The notes: generated by a model from the letters alone, not told the origin. A DNA stretch of 64,000 nt from Planctomycetota bacterium (GCA_041398565.1 JAWKUN010000002.1:338068-402067); one strand, 5' to 3'; shown: positions 8,277 to 19,004, counted from the stretch's first letter. Numbers and translations are program-made.

Positions 8277-10517
8277 ATGCGTCTCGCGTGGCTGACTCTC
8301 CTCGCCCTCCTCGCCCAACCAGCCGGCGCCCAAGATGCGGCAACGACGTCCGCGCCCAAGAAGCCGCGCTTGCAGACGCGATGGGCCGCCGACGTCGACC
8401 CGAGCGCGCCGCGTCCGGAGTATCCGCGACCGCAGCTCGTGCGGTCACGCTGGCTCAACCTGAACGGCACCTGGGATCTGTCGATCACCGGTGCCGACGA
8501 GGCGCCCGCGTACGACGCGCGCGTGCTGGTGCCGTTCCCGCTGGAGTCGGCGCTGTCGGGAGTGGCGACGGCCCTGCGCCCCGAGCAGTGCGCGCGCTAC
8601 CGGCGCACCTTCCGCGTGCCGGCGGCGTGGCGCAGCGAGCGCATCTGGCTCCACTTCGGCGCCGTCGACTGGGAGGCGCGCGTCCGGGTCAACGGCACCG
8701 ACCTCGGCACGCACCGCGGCGGCTACGACCCCTTCAGCGTCGACATCACGCCGGCGCTGCAAGAAGACGAAGAGCAAGAACTCGTCGTCGAGGTGCGCGA
8801 TCCCACCGACCGCAGCACGCAGCCGCGCGGCAAGCAGGTGCTGCGTCCGGGCGGGATCTGGTACACGCCCACCTCGGGCATCTGGCAGACGGTGTGGCTC
8901 GAGCCGGTGCCGGCGCTCGGCATCGGCGGCCTGCGCCTGCGCACCAGGGTCGACCCGGCTCAGGTCGAAGTCCAGGTCGACGGGCGCGTCGAGGGTCTGC
9001 GTCTGGTGGCCGAGGTCGGCACGCCGGGACCCGAGTCGGCCACAGCGCCGGTCTTGGCCGAGGGTCCGGCCGACGCGCCGCTCACCGTGGCGATCCCACA
9101 CCCCCGACTGTGGACACCCGACTCGCCGACGCTGTACGAGCTGCACCTCACCCTCGAGAACGGCGGCGAGACGATCGACCGCGTGCAGAGCTACTTCGGC
9201 CTGCGCGAGATCGCGCGCGGCGTGGTCGACGGCAAGCCGCGCCTGCTGCTCAACGGCAAGCCGCTGTTCCAGCTCGGGCCCCTCGACCAGGGCTTCTGGC
9301 CCGACGGGCTCTACACCGCCCCCACCGACGCCGCCCTGCGCTTCGACCTGGAAGCCACCAAGGAGCTCGGCTTCAACATGGTGCGCAAGCACGTCAAGGT
9401 CGAGCCGGCGACGTGGTACGCGCACTGCGACCGCCTCGGTCTGCTGGTGTGGCAGGACATGCCCAGCGGCGACCGCTACATCGGCAGTCGCGACCCCGAC
9501 GTCGAGCGCAGTCGGGAATCGGCCCAGCAGTACGAGCGCGAGCTGTGCGCGGTGATGGACGCGCTGCGCAACCATCCGAGCCTGGTCATGTGGGTGCCGT
9601 TCAACGAGGGCTGGGGCCAGTTCGACACCGCGCGCATCGCCGAACTGGTGCACAGGCGCGACCCGACGCGTCTGGTCGACTCGGCCAGCGGCTGGACCGA
9701 CCGCGGCGTCGGCGACGTGCACGACGTGCACGTCTATCCGGGTCCGGGCATGCCACCCGTCGAGGCCGAGCGCGCTGCCGTGCTCGGCGAGTTCGGCGGC
9801 CTCGGCCTGCCGCTCGCCGGACACACCTGGCAGGACGAGAAGAACTGGGGCTACCGCAGCTTCGACGACCAGGCGGCGCTCACCGACGCCTACGTCGAGG
9901 TGCTGTCGGAGCTGCCCTTCCTCATCGAGCGGGGTCTGTGCGCCGCGGTGTACACGCAGACGACCGACGTCGAGATCGAGGTCAACGGTCTGCTCACCTA
10001 CGACCGCGAGGTGTGGAAGATGGACCGCGCGCGGGTGCGCGCAGCCAACCTGGCGGTCCACCAGCCGCCACCGAAGATCGAGGTGCTCGCACCGTGCGCC
10101 GAGCAGGGCCGCGTCGAGTGGCGCTACTCCACCGGCAAACCCGAGACGGGCTGGCAGGACGCCAGCTTCGACGACTCCTCGTGGCAGGTGGGAGCAGGAG
10201 GCTTCGGCACCGAGGGCACGCCCGGCGCGCGGATCGGCACCGCCTGGCAGACGGGCGACATCTGGCTGCGCCGCCACTTCGCGCTGCCCGCCGACATCGA
10301 CCCGGCCGGCCTGCGCCTGCGCCTGCACCACGACGAAGACGTCGAGGTGTACGTCAACGGCATCGAGGTGGCGCACCAGAAGGGCTACCGCACCTCCTAC
10401 CGCTACCTGGCCCCGAGCACGCGCTCGCCGTTCCGCGCCGGCGACAACGTGCTGGCGGTGCACTGCAAGCAGACCACGGGCGGCCAGTACGTCGACGTCG
10501 GCGTGGTGCGCTGGTAG
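8277..10517 (+). CDS. Glycoside hydrolase family 2-like secreted protein
   Basis: From ORF 8226..10517; I prefer the start at MRLAWLTLLALLAQPAGAQD (signal peptide). GH2-type sugar-binding and TIM segments are present (WLHFGAVDWEARVRVNG, NMVRKHVKVEP, WQDMP, VMWVPFNEGWGQ). The C-terminus is a galactose-binding-like domain. Confidence 0.8.
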   Translation: MRLAWLTLLALLAQPAGAQDAATTSAPKKPRLQTRWAADVDPSAPRPEYPRPQLVRSRWLNLNGTWDLSITGADEAPAYDARVLVPFPLESALSGVATALRPEQCARYRRTFRVPAAWRSERIWLHFGAVDWEARVRVNGTDLGTHRGGYDPFSVDITPALQEDEEQELVVEVRDPTDRSTQPRGKQVLRPGGIWYTPTSGIWQTVWLEPVPALGIGGLRLRTRVDPAQVEVQVDGRVEGLRLVAEVGTPGPESATAPVLAEGPADAPLTVAIPHPRLWTPDSPTLYELHLTLENGGETIDRVQSYFGLREIARGVVDGKPRLLLNGKPLFQLGPLDQGFWPDGLYTAPTDAALRFDLEATKELGFNMVRKHVKVEPATWYAHCDRLGLLVWQDMPSGDRYIGSRDPDVERSRESAQQYERELCAVMDALRNHPSLVMWVPFNEGWGQFDTARIAELVHRRDPTRLVDSASGWTDRGVGDVHDVHVYPGPGMPPVEAERAAVLGEFGGLGLPLAGHTWQDEKNWGYRSFDDQAALTDAYVEVLSELPFLIERGLCAAVYTQTTDVEIEVNGLLTYDREVWKMDRARVRAANLAVHQPPPKIEVLAPCAEQGRVEWRYSTGKPETGWQDASFDDSSWQVGAGGFGTEGTPGARIGTAWQTGDIWLRRHFALPADIDPAGLRLRLHHDEDVEVYVNGIEVAHQKGYRTSYRYLAPSTRSPFRAGDNVLAVHCKQTTGGQYVDVGVVRW

Positions 10518-10565
10518 CAGCGCAGCCGCGGCGCAGGCGGTGGCCCGGCCGCAAGGCCGCGCGGT

Positions 10566-12170
10566 TCAGCTGGGCATGACCTGACCGGCGAACCAGGTGG
10601 AGGCCTCCACCCAGCCGTTGCCGCTGCCTCCCCAGCCCTGGTTGACGTAGAACCAGCGGCTGTAGACGCGCACGCGGGTGAAGAAGGACGTCACGTCGCG
10701 ATAGCGCACCGCGTAGCCGTAGGCGAGCGGATAGTGGCTCAGCCAACCGGTCCCGATGATCGCCGGCGTGCGGTTCTGCACGATCTCGTCGATGGCGCGG
10801 TCGCGCAGGTCGTCCCAGTGGATGCCGACGGTGCTGTAGTGGGTGCTGATGCGACCAGGAGTGCGCGTCCGCATGTACTCGCTCGCCTCGTCCATGTCCC
10901 ACGGGAAGGTCGCACCGCTGCCGAAGGCGCAGAACGTGTCGATGTGACCGCGGATCTCGCTGATCATGTTGCGCACACCGGTGTCGAGGTAGCGCGGAGC
11001 GATCGTGGCAGCGCTGCCCGTGACGCTGCCGTTGGTGCGGTAGAAGCCGGTGCGGTAGCGCCAGCGAGGATCGTTCTGCGACGCCTTGAGGTCGATCCAG
11101 CCGAACAGCATCGCCCAGGCGGTGGCTCCGCAGCCGGTCACGCAGCCACAGCACGAGAACTGATCGTAGAGGCGCTGGTCGGCGTGCGTTCCGGCCCACG
11201 AGTACACCCAAGGGCTCCAGTCGTCCTGCGGCCCGACCGCGGCTTCCGCCACCCTCTCGGCCTCCCAGGCCAGGGCGGCCCGCATCCTCAGGTTCTCGAT
11301 CATCGGCTTGTAGGCGGCCACGAAACCGGTCTGGAGCTCGACCATCGACGACCACGGGTCGAAGCGGAAGCCGCCCTGTGCGTTGGGGTCGGGCACGAGC
11401 TTGGCCGGCATCGAGCCGACGTTGGCGACCATACGACCGCCAGCGTCGACGGCGACGTAGCACAAGGCGTCGAGTTTGAAGAGCTTGGTTGGCGTGTCGC
11501 CATGGGCCGCCGCCGTGCGCTCGAGCTCGCTCCCGATCGGCGAGCCGAGATCGTTCCAGTGCGCGATCGGATGATCGTGCTCACCGGTAGAGACCACGAC
11601 GAAGCCCTCTGGCTGGACGGCGAACTCGTAGTAGGCCACGCCGCGGACGTCGGGACGGTACATGGCGCGTGCCGGACCCACGAGCGACGCGTGCGCCCAA
11701 CCCGGCGCCAGCGTCCCACCCACTGCTTCGACGTGGCGTGCGGCGCGGCGCGCACACTTCGCCTCGTCGTCCCGTTGGGCGAACTCGGCGTGCAGCGAGA
11801 CTTCGGCCAGGCGCGACAGCGCGACCGCGTCGGCCTGCTGCACGAGATGTTGGTAGCTGAACGTGCCGGTCGGCATCGCCTGCAGGAACGGAACCAACCC
11901 CGGGCCGAAGCCGGCGAAGCCGCGCAGGCTGGCCAGGGAGGCCGGGTCGAGCTGCAGGCTGCCGACCCCCGGAACCAATGCGTCGGCGTGGCTGCCCGCA
12001 GCGAGCAAGAGCACGGAGTCGCCACGCTGTGCGTCGCCGATCACCGGCGGCAAGGGCATGGTGCGGGGCGACAGACTCGCTGGCGACTGGGTCTGTAGCG
12101 ACTGGGTCGACACCGGCAGGGAGATCGCCAGGGCGAGTGCCCCGGCGGTGAACATGACTGGGTGGCTCAT
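10566..12170 (-). CDS. Secreted papain-fold cysteine peptidase, C10 (streptopain)-like (534 aa)
   Basis: Inner part of ORF 10566..12434, starting MSHPVMFTAGALALAISLPVSTQ. Candidate catalytic Cys lies in CVTGCGATAWAMLFGW and candidate His in GWLSHYPLAYGYA. The tail WFYVNQGWGGSGNGWVE resembles the C10 motif FYHVNWGWGG as I remember it. Confidence 0.6.
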   Translation of the reverse strand: MSHPVMFTAGALALAISLPVSTQSLQTQSPASLSPRTMPLPPVIGDAQRGDSVLLLAAGSHADALVPGVGSLQLDPASLASLRGFAGFGPGLVPFLQAMPTGTFSYQHLVQQADAVALSRLAEVSLHAEFAQRDDEAKCARRAARHVEAVGGTLAPGWAHASLVGPARAMYRPDVRGVAYYEFAVQPEGFVVVSTGEHDHPIAHWNDLGSPIGSELERTAAAHGDTPTKLFKLDALCYVAVDAGGRMVANVGSMPAKLVPDPNAQGGFRFDPWSSMVELQTGFVAAYKPMIENLRMRAALAWEAERVAEAAVGPQDDWSPWVYSWAGTHADQRLYDQFSCCGCVTGCGATAWAMLFGWIDLKASQNDPRWRYRTGFYRTNGSVTGSAATIAPRYLDTGVRNMISEIRGHIDTFCAFGSGATFPWDMDEASEYMRTRTPGRISTHYSTVGIHWDDLRDRAIDEIVQNRTPAIIGTGWLSHYPLAYGYAVRYRDVTSFFTRVRVYSRWFYVNQGWGGSGNGWVEASTWFAGQVMPS

Positions 12171-12457
12171 CGTTGTCCTCGTCGTTGTTGGGGTTGGGAA
12201 GTCACCCTGGCAGCGACTGGAGGCATCCGGCCGTTCGCGAAGAACGAGAACCTGCGCGGCGAGAATCCTGTCGACCGCATGCTCGGCGGGCGAAGCAGCT
12301 CTCGAGACACCTGATCGGGACACGCGAGCGCCGCGTTCGGATCCGACGTTGTCGTTCCCCTGCCATGGCGGCGAACTCACCCACGACCGACGCCACCGGA
12401 GGCCCGAAGCCACAAAGCGGACGAGGCCCATCACACCGGCCGGCTATCCTCCTGCAG

Positions 12458-15400
12458 ATGCCTGCCCTGATCTCCCGGATCACCCTCGTCCTCACGGCGA
12501 TCGCGCCGTGCATTGGCCAGCGCCTGGTCGACGACATCAACCGGACGGCCCCCGGGTTTTCCACGAGTCCCGACCCTGGAGTGACGGTCGCCGCCTTGCC
12601 CCGCGACCTCCTGTTCTTCCCGGTGCGCACCCCGCTGGTGGGCCACGAGCTGGCGGTCACCGATGGCACCGTGGCGGGCACCTTCATCCTGATGGACATC
12701 GCCCCCGCCGGCGACTCGAGCCCGGCGGACCTGGCCGAGGTCGGTGGCGCGCTGTGGTTCAGCGCCGACGATGGCGTGCACGGGCGCGAGGTGTGGCGCA
12801 GCGATGGGACACCTGCCGGCACCCGACTGGTGGCGGATGTGGCCAACGGCAACGCCGCCTCCGCCCCCTCCGGCTTCGTCACGCTCGGCGCCCGCGTGCT
12901 CTTCTTCGCCGACGACGGTGTGCACGGCCGGGAGCTGTGGACCAGCGACGGCACCGCCGCCGGCACGAGCCTGGTCGCCGACATGGTGCCCGGAGCCCTG
13001 GGCTCGGCGCCCGCGGGGCTGACCGTCGTCGGCAGCGTCGCCGTGTTCGCAGCGACCGACGCCACCGGCGACCGCGAGCCCTGGGTGACCGACGGCACCG
13101 CGGCCAACACGCATCGGCTCGCGGACCTCCGCCCCGGTTTCAGCTCCGACCCGTCCCAGTTCATCCGCGCCGGCAGCGTCGTCCTCTTCGTCGCCAACGA
13201 CGCCGTGCACGGTTACGAACTGTGGCGCACCGACGGTACCGCCGCGGGCACGGTTCTCTTGAAGGACATCAACCCGACCGGCGGTTCGCTGGTCGCCGGC
13301 ATGCGCGCGGTGGGCAATCGCGTCTTCTTCGCGGCCTTCGACAGCCACGGGGTCGAGCCGTGGGTCAGCGACGGAACCGCCGCCGGGACCAAGCTGGTGG
13401 CCGACATCAACACCACGATGTTCGGCAACAGCAACCCGGCCGGCTTCACCGGCGACGGCACCAACGTGTTCTTCGCCGCCAACGACAACTTCGGCGAGCG
13501 CGAACTGTTCGTCACCGACGGCACGCCGTCGGGCACCGTGCGCATCGACGTGGCGCCGGGCAGCGGCGAGTCCTCGTTCCCCAGCGACTTCGGGCTGGCC
13601 AGCGGCGGCATGGTGTTCCTGGCGCGGACGCTGCACACGCGCCCCGAACCCTACGTCTCCGACGGCACCAGCGCCGGCACGGGCACCGTCAGCGGCGCGC
13701 CGCCCGGATCGAGCGTCTCGGCGACCGTTTTCGTCGGCACTGCCAACGGCCTCTACTTCTTCGGCGGCGACGACCCGGTCACGTCGACCGTCGAACTCTG
13801 GGCCACCGACGGCACCTCGAGCGGCACGCGCATGGTGGTCGACCTCAGCCCCGACCCGCCCGGACGCACTGCCGATGCCTTCCCCGGCCGTCCGGTGCAG
13901 CTCGACGACGGCAGCCTCCTCCTTTCGGCCGCGACCTCGCTGGGGATCGAACTGTGGCGCGTCGAGCTCGCCAGCGGTGCGAGCCTGGTGCGGGACATCG
14001 CACCCGGTGCCGAATCGTCGGAGCCGCACGGGCTCGTGTCGCTCGGCGCGCGCGCGGTGTTCGCCGCCTACGACCCGGCGACCGGAGTCGAACCGTGGGC
14101 CAGCGACGGAACAGCAGCCGGCACCGTGCTGCTCGCCGACATCGTCGCCGGCGCCGGTGGCTCGCAGCCGACCGGCTTCACCCGTCTCGGCACGCGCGCG
14201 CTGTTCCTCGTCGCCGACCCGAGCTTCGGCACCGAGCTCTGGAGCTCCGACGGCACGGTGGCGGGCACGAGCCGCATCCTCCTCATCGACCGCACGCCGC
14301 CGACGTTGTCGCAAGGCTTCGTCGTCGCCGGCGGTCTCGCCTACTTCAGCGGGGTGACCGCCGCCCAGGGCGCCGAGCTCTGGGTCACCGACGGAACCGC
14401 CGCCGGCACCCACATCGTCCTCGACATCGCTCCGGGAGCCGTGAACGGGATCCCCGACCCGGTGCTGTTCCTGCGTCAGGCGGGCACGCTGGGCAACAGC
14501 ATCGTGTTCGTCGCCGACGACGGCAGCACCGGCATGGAGCCGTGGATCAGCGATGGCACGGCGGCGGGCACCCGCCTGCTGGCGGACCTCGAGCCAGGGC
14601 CGGTCGGAACCGCGCCTTTCTTCGCCCTCGAGCACGGCAGCGCCGCCTACCTGGTGGCAAGCACCGCCGCTACGGGCCGCGAGCTGTGGCGCACCAACGG
14701 CACCGCGGCCGGCACCGTGCTCGTGGCCGACCTCGTCGCCGGCGCGGATGGCAGCTTCCCCGACGGCTTCGCCAGCCTGGGCGCCAAGTTCGTGTTCGGC
14801 GCCGGCCCGCACGCCTTCGCCCGCTCGCTGTACGCGAGCGACGGCACCACGGTCGGAACGGTGGCGATCTCGCCGGTCTTCCAGATGAACGGGCTCCGCC
14901 GGGTCGGCGACAGCGGCGTCGCGTTGTTCGCCAACGACGACAGCACGCATGGGTCCGAGCTGTGGCGCACCGATGGCACGCTGGCTGGCACCGCGATGGT
15001 CGCCGACGTCAACCCGGGCCCGGCGTCGAGCCAGCCCGGTGAGTTCGTGACCTTCGGTCGCAACGTCACGTTCGCAGCCGACGACGGCGCGACGGGACGC
15101 GAGTTGTGGGTGGTCGACCGCGTGCGGGTGGGCGCCGCCTTCGCCTCCACCTACGGCGTCGGTTGCGCTGGCACCGGCGCGCTGGTGCCGCAGCTCGCCG
15201 CGTCGGGTCGTCCGGCCTACGGCAACGCCACCTTCGCCGCGCGCCTCACCGACGCGCGCCCGAGCAGCGTCGCCGCCGTCATCCTGTCGGCCGGCCGCGC
15301 CGACGTCGTCATCGGCGGCTGCCACCTGCTGGTGGACGTCACGCGCATGGTCTCGCTGGCCACCGCCACCGACGCCAACGGCAGCGCGACCCTACCGTTG

Positions 15401-15529
15401 CCGCTGCCGCCGCTGAAGGTCCTGCAAGGGAGCGAGCTCTACACGCAGGCGGTCGTCGCCGACTCCGGCGGCACCTTCTTCAACACCGCCGCGTTCAGCA
15501 ACGGGGTCGATCTCATCATCGGATACTAG
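12458..15529 (+). CDS. ELWxxDGT-repeat secreted protein, paralog 1 (1023 aa)
   Basis: Inner part of ORF 12173..15529, starting MPALISRITLVLTAIAPCIG. There are about 18 repeats of roughly 50 aa with the core G(R/T)ELW(R/T/V)(S/T)DGT(A/P)AGT. The C-terminal Cys-containing domain reads YGVGCAGTGALVPQL...GGCHLLVD...LQGSELYTQAV...FSNGVDLIIGY. Confidence 0.85.
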   Translation: MPALISRITLVLTAIAPCIGQRLVDDINRTAPGFSTSPDPGVTVAALPRDLLFFPVRTPLVGHELAVTDGTVAGTFILMDIAPAGDSSPADLAEVGGALWFSADDGVHGREVWRSDGTPAGTRLVADVANGNAASAPSGFVTLGARVLFFADDGVHGRELWTSDGTAAGTSLVADMVPGALGSAPAGLTVVGSVAVFAATDATGDREPWVTDGTAANTHRLADLRPGFSSDPSQFIRAGSVVLFVANDAVHGYELWRTDGTAAGTVLLKDINPTGGSLVAGMRAVGNRVFFAAFDSHGVEPWVSDGTAAGTKLVADINTTMFGNSNPAGFTGDGTNVFFAANDNFGERELFVTDGTPSGTVRIDVAPGSGESSFPSDFGLASGGMVFLARTLHTRPEPYVSDGTSAGTGTVSGAPPGSSVSATVFVGTANGLYFFGGDDPVTSTVELWATDGTSSGTRMVVDLSPDPPGRTADAFPGRPVQLDDGSLLLSAATSLGIELWRVELASGASLVRDIAPGAESSEPHGLVSLGARAVFAAYDPATGVEPWASDGTAAGTVLLADIVAGAGGSQPTGFTRLGTRALFLVADPSFGTELWSSDGTVAGTSRILLIDRTPPTLSQGFVVAGGLAYFSGVTAAQGAELWVTDGTAAGTHIVLDIAPGAVNGIPDPVLFLRQAGTLGNSIVFVADDGSTGMEPWISDGTAAGTRLLADLEPGPVGTAPFFALEHGSAAYLVASTAATGRELWRTNGTAAGTVLVADLVAGADGSFPDGFASLGAKFVFGAGPHAFARSLYASDGTTVGTVAISPVFQMNGLRRVGDSGVALFANDDSTHGSELWRTDGTLAGTAMVADVNPGPASSQPGEFVTFGRNVTFAADDGATGRELWVVDRVRVGAAFASTYGVGCAGTGALVPQLAASGRPAYGNATFAARLTDARPSSVAAVILSAGRADVVIGGCHLLVDVTRMVSLATATDANGSATLPLPLPPLKVLQGSELYTQAVVADSGGTFFNTAAFSNGVDLIIGY

Positions 15530-15619
15530 GCCAAGGGCCGGCGCAGAGGTGACTCGGTGCGCCGCCTGCCGGAGCCGACGCCGCTTCGCGGCGCAGCTCA
15601 CCAGGCGCCAACGAGTCCC

Positions 15620-17431
15620 TCAGCGGTTGTCGGCCGCGAAGGTCGTCTGCACGACGTGGTCGACGTCGTCGTCGGTGACGCGGAGGTCGTTGGCCACCGC
15701 GGGCTCCCAGACGAACAGGCTGCGCGTCGTCGACGCCGACACCTTGCGCGTGTAGAGGATGCGGCCGTCGTCGAGCCCGCGCGCCATCTCCTCGTCGTCG
15801 GCCGACGCGGCGAGGACGACGATGCCGCCGGCAGACTCGTCCCACAGGGACAGGTCGAACTGCCCACCGTTGTCGACCTTGACCACGAAGTCGCCGGCCG
15901 TCGGCATCACCGCCACGAACTGCGACGTGGCGCCGAAGACGATCGTGCCGCTCGTGCTGGGCACGAAGAGCGTCACGCCACCGCTCGTGGTGTTGCGATA
16001 CACGAGCTTGTCGTTGGTCAGCACGGTCTCGAGGGCGAAGCTCTGGCCCGAGGTGGTCGCCACCGGCGTCTCGCTGACGCTGGTGCCGTTGTACGACGCC
16101 AAGAAGAGGTGGGTCCCGGTGGCCTCGGCCTTCGACACCACGACACGGTTGTCGCTGAGCGTGCCGACCACCATGTCGTTCACCGCGCTGGCCGGGAACG
16201 CGCGCGACGTTGCCAGGGCGACGTCGAACAGACGCACGTCCAAGTCGACGCCGCCGGTGAGCACGTAGTAGAGGACGTTGCCGTTCGGCAGGGCTGCGGC
16301 GAACGACTCGTTGTCGCCCGTGGTGGCCACCGCGGCGGTGATGCCGGCACTCGGATTCCACACGTAGAAGTCGAGCTGGCCGCCGTTGTTGGCGGTGAAG
16401 GCGACCAGGCTGTTCACCGTCGAGCCGCCGAAGGTCTTCGACAGGGTGGCGATGCCACCGATGTCGCCACCGACCTCCACGACACCGACCTCGCGGCGAT
16501 AGTAGAAGAGGTCGGTCTCGGCAGCGTCGCCGCGACGCGAGAAGATCAGCGCTCCGTCGGCGAGCACGGCCACGGTCTCCTCGGCACGCGGGTTGGTGGA
16601 CACCGCGGTGGAAGTGCTCGTGGCGGGGTCGAACACGTAGATGTCGTTCTGGCCGCCACCGGTCAGCTCGTAGTAGACGAGGTTGCCGTTGCTGACCAGC
16701 GGGTCGCCGGCGCGCTCGCCGTCGACCGCGGCGATCAGTGTGGTGAGACCGGTGTCGACGTCGTAGAGCGACAGGCTCTTCCTCGTCGAGGTCTCGGCCG
16801 TGAACAGCACGCGGTTCTCACCCACCTTGCCGGCGTAGTGCTCGGCCACGTTGCGCTCGTCGCCGAGCACCACCGTCGCGGTGGTGTTGGCGTCGTAGAC
16901 GTAGAGGTCGTACTCGCTGCCAGCCTGACGCTCGTAGACCACGTAGCCGCGGCCGAGGGCTGCTTGGTAGTGCACGGTCCAGCCGTTGCTGCTCGCCAGC
17001 GGGCGGGAATGCAGCGTGTCGGTGTCGATCAGGCGCAGGTCGTTGCCCGCGGTGATGACGCCCAGGTTGGCCGTCTGCACGCGAACCCCGAACGTCGTCT
17101 CGACGAACTTGCCGTCCGGATCGGAGACGCGCACGGTCACGTCGTACGCGCCGAGAGTGTCGAAGGTGTTGGTGTAGACGCTCCCGGCGAAATGACCGCC
17201 GCCGGACACCACGGTGAACATCAGGCTCACCACGGGGGTCTCCCGATCGTTGAAGTGGTCGGCGAGGTCGAGGGTGAACGTGCCGCCGCCGTTGGCGCTC
17301 TGGTCGGGGACGTCGCTGGTCAGCCGTGGCGCGCTGTTCTGCACGTTGGCCTGATTGCACCCCGACAAGAGCGTCAGGCCGGCGCCGCCGAGCAGCGTCG
17401 CGACCGAATGGATACTCCCCTTGCTGAACAT
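15620..17431 (-). CDS. Lipoprotein with cadherin/Ig-like domain and beta-propeller-like repeats (603 aa)
   Basis: Inner part of ORF 15620..17662, starting MFSKGSIHSVATLLGGAGLTLLSGC (lipobox). An N-terminal Ig-like segment follows (FTLDLADHFND...YDVTVRVSDPDG). Blade-like motifs then recur: DLYVYD, DIYVFD, DLFYY, LDFYVWN, DVRLFD, FDLSLWD. Confidence 0.7.
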   Translation of the reverse strand: MFSKGSIHSVATLLGGAGLTLLSGCNQANVQNSAPRLTSDVPDQSANGGGTFTLDLADHFNDRETPVVSLMFTVVSGGGHFAGSVYTNTFDTLGAYDVTVRVSDPDGKFVETTFGVRVQTANLGVITAGNDLRLIDTDTLHSRPLASSNGWTVHYQAALGRGYVVYERQAGSEYDLYVYDANTTATVVLGDERNVAEHYAGKVGENRVLFTAETSTRKSLSLYDVDTGLTTLIAAVDGERAGDPLVSNGNLVYYELTGGGQNDIYVFDPATSTSTAVSTNPRAEETVAVLADGALIFSRRGDAAETDLFYYRREVGVVEVGGDIGGIATLSKTFGGSTVNSLVAFTANNGGQLDFYVWNPSAGITAAVATTGDNESFAAALPNGNVLYYVLTGGVDLDVRLFDVALATSRAFPASAVNDMVVGTLSDNRVVVSKAEATGTHLFLASYNGTSVSETPVATTSGQSFALETVLTNDKLVYRNTTSGGVTLFVPSTSGTIVFGATSQFVAVMPTAGDFVVKVDNGGQFDLSLWDESAGGIVVLAASADDEEMARGLDDGRILYTRKVSASTTRSLFVWEPAVANDLRVTDDDVDHVVQTTFAADNR

Positions 17432-17752
17432 GTTCGTCGTTCCCCTTGGTGTCACTCGATGAAGCGTCGACTGATGAGCGTCCTTGGGGTTGTCGAGAGG
17501 GTGTGCGCCCGGCGTTGAGTTGACCGACAATCCGGCGGTGCCATGGCTGCGACCAGCCGCAAGGGCTGCGGATGTCGCGGCGCGCCCGAATCTGCCAGGC
17601 CGTGTTTCGCCACCCGCGCGAGATCCGCCGGGCTCGAGCAGCATCGGAAGGTCCAGTAACAAGGCTGCCTGGTCACCGCGGGTCCGCAGAGACTTCGCAT
17701 CGACCGAGCCGCGTCGAACGAGCCGCGTCGACAGGCCGGTGCCTCGTTCGGT

Positions 17753-18886
17753 CTAGCGCTGGTGGAGCGCGAGATGCGCTGGCGCCGGCCTCGGCGCCCG
17801 TTTGCGAGCGAGCTCGCGGGCGATCTGACGCGGGCGCGCCAGCCACGACTCCATCTCCACACGCAGCTCCTTGCGCGCACGCATCGAGGTCGAGGTGAAA
17901 TCGCTCGGCCTCAGCTCGCCCAGCTTGCGCAGCTTGGCGGCGAGCTGACTCTCCAGGGCTTCGGCCAGCTCGAGCTCGATGGCTTCCTCCGGAGTCAAGC
18001 CGATCGGCGGCCGCTGCTCACGGTCTCGACGGGTGAGGCTGACGATGGCCTGGCCGGCCGCGGTCGGGCAGGTTGCGAAGGCCAGGCTGTCGCTGTCCAC
18101 GCGGACGAGCGCCGCCGGCGACGCCAGTTCGGGCGCCGTCCGGCCGCCGGTGTTCTCGCACCACCAGACCGAGGTCGCGCCGTCGCCGGTGAGCAGATCC
18201 AGGTCGCCGTCGCCATCCCAGTCGCAAACCGCGACGTCGTGTGCGGCGGCGCCGAGCGGGACCGCAGCCGTGGCGATGCGGCCAGCCTGGCCGGCGTGGA
18301 GCTGCACGCGACCGCGCAGCGCCACCAGGACATCGATTGTTCCGTCGCCGTTCCAGTCGGCGAGAGCCAGCGACGTCGCCCCTTCGGGAACCCGCCACAG
18401 GTCGCCTGCGGGTGCCCGCAGCCAGCCTCCGGAGACGAAGCCCGCTCCGGTGCCGAACCGTTCACCGGCGCGGAACCAGCGCACGGCGGGGGTCGCCAGA
18501 TGGAAGAGCACGCGCCCCTCGCCCTCGATCGGCTGCGTGTCCACGGGCGCGAGGGCTACCAGGTCGTCGCGGCCGTCGCCATCGATGTCGGCGAACAGCG
18601 GGCAACCGGGCAGATCGCAGGTCCCGCCGAGGCGCAGCGGAGCACCGTCGGCCGACAAGGCGACGCTGAGACCGAAGGATCCATCGGTCGCACTGGGGCG
18701 CCACGACACGCCGTCGGCGCCGGCGAGGATCAGGTCGGCCCGTCCGTCCCCGTTGACGTCGCAGCAGGCCACGGCGACCGCCCCGGTGGAGTCCGGCCCT
18801 GCGTCCAAGGCCATTGTGCGCGTCAGGGCTTGTGCCGATGCGAGCGCCGGCCAGGCGAGTGGAGCGAGGGCTGCGAGCTTGCGCAT
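17753..18886 (-). CDS. Secreted FG-GAP/VCBS-repeat protein with charged helical C-terminal tail (377 aa)
   Basis: It has a signal peptide (MRKLAALAPLAWPALASAQA) and the repeats CDVNGDGRADL, ADIDGDGRDDL, ADWNGDGTIDV and CDWDGDGDLDL. Confidence 0.75.
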   Translation of the reverse strand: MRKLAALAPLAWPALASAQALTRTMALDAGPDSTGAVAVACCDVNGDGRADLILAGADGVSWRPSATDGSFGLSVALSADGAPLRLGGTCDLPGCPLFADIDGDGRDDLVALAPVDTQPIEGEGRVLFHLATPAVRWFRAGERFGTGAGFVSGGWLRAPAGDLWRVPEGATSLALADWNGDGTIDVLVALRGRVQLHAGQAGRIATAAVPLGAAAHDVAVCDWDGDGDLDLLTGDGATSVWWCENTGGRTAPELASPAALVRVDSDSLAFATCPTAAGQAIVSLTRRDREQRPPIGLTPEEAIELELAEALESQLAAKLRKLGELRPSDFTSTSMRARKELRVEMESWLARPRQIARELARKRAPRPAPAHLALHQR

Positions 18887-19004
18887 GGACGCCGCCCAAC
18901 GCTACTGGCGGCGACGAACTCCTTGCCCCGGCAAACGGCAGCTCGGCGGCGGCGCACATGGACTCGGGACCCCTCGGCGCGTGCGCCGAGACCGTAGCTG
19001 GAGG

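Noticed and set aside
15541-15593. Two small hairpins (GGCGCA-12 nt-TGCGCC and GCCGC-TTC-GCGGC) between convergent genes, as terminators
   Set aside because: The stems are short, there is no U-tract, and such structures are common by chance at this GC content.
17705-17731. Direct repeat CGAGCCGCGTCGA x2 (14-nt period) in the intergenic region
   Set aside because: Only two copies are present, and there is no further context to suggest function.
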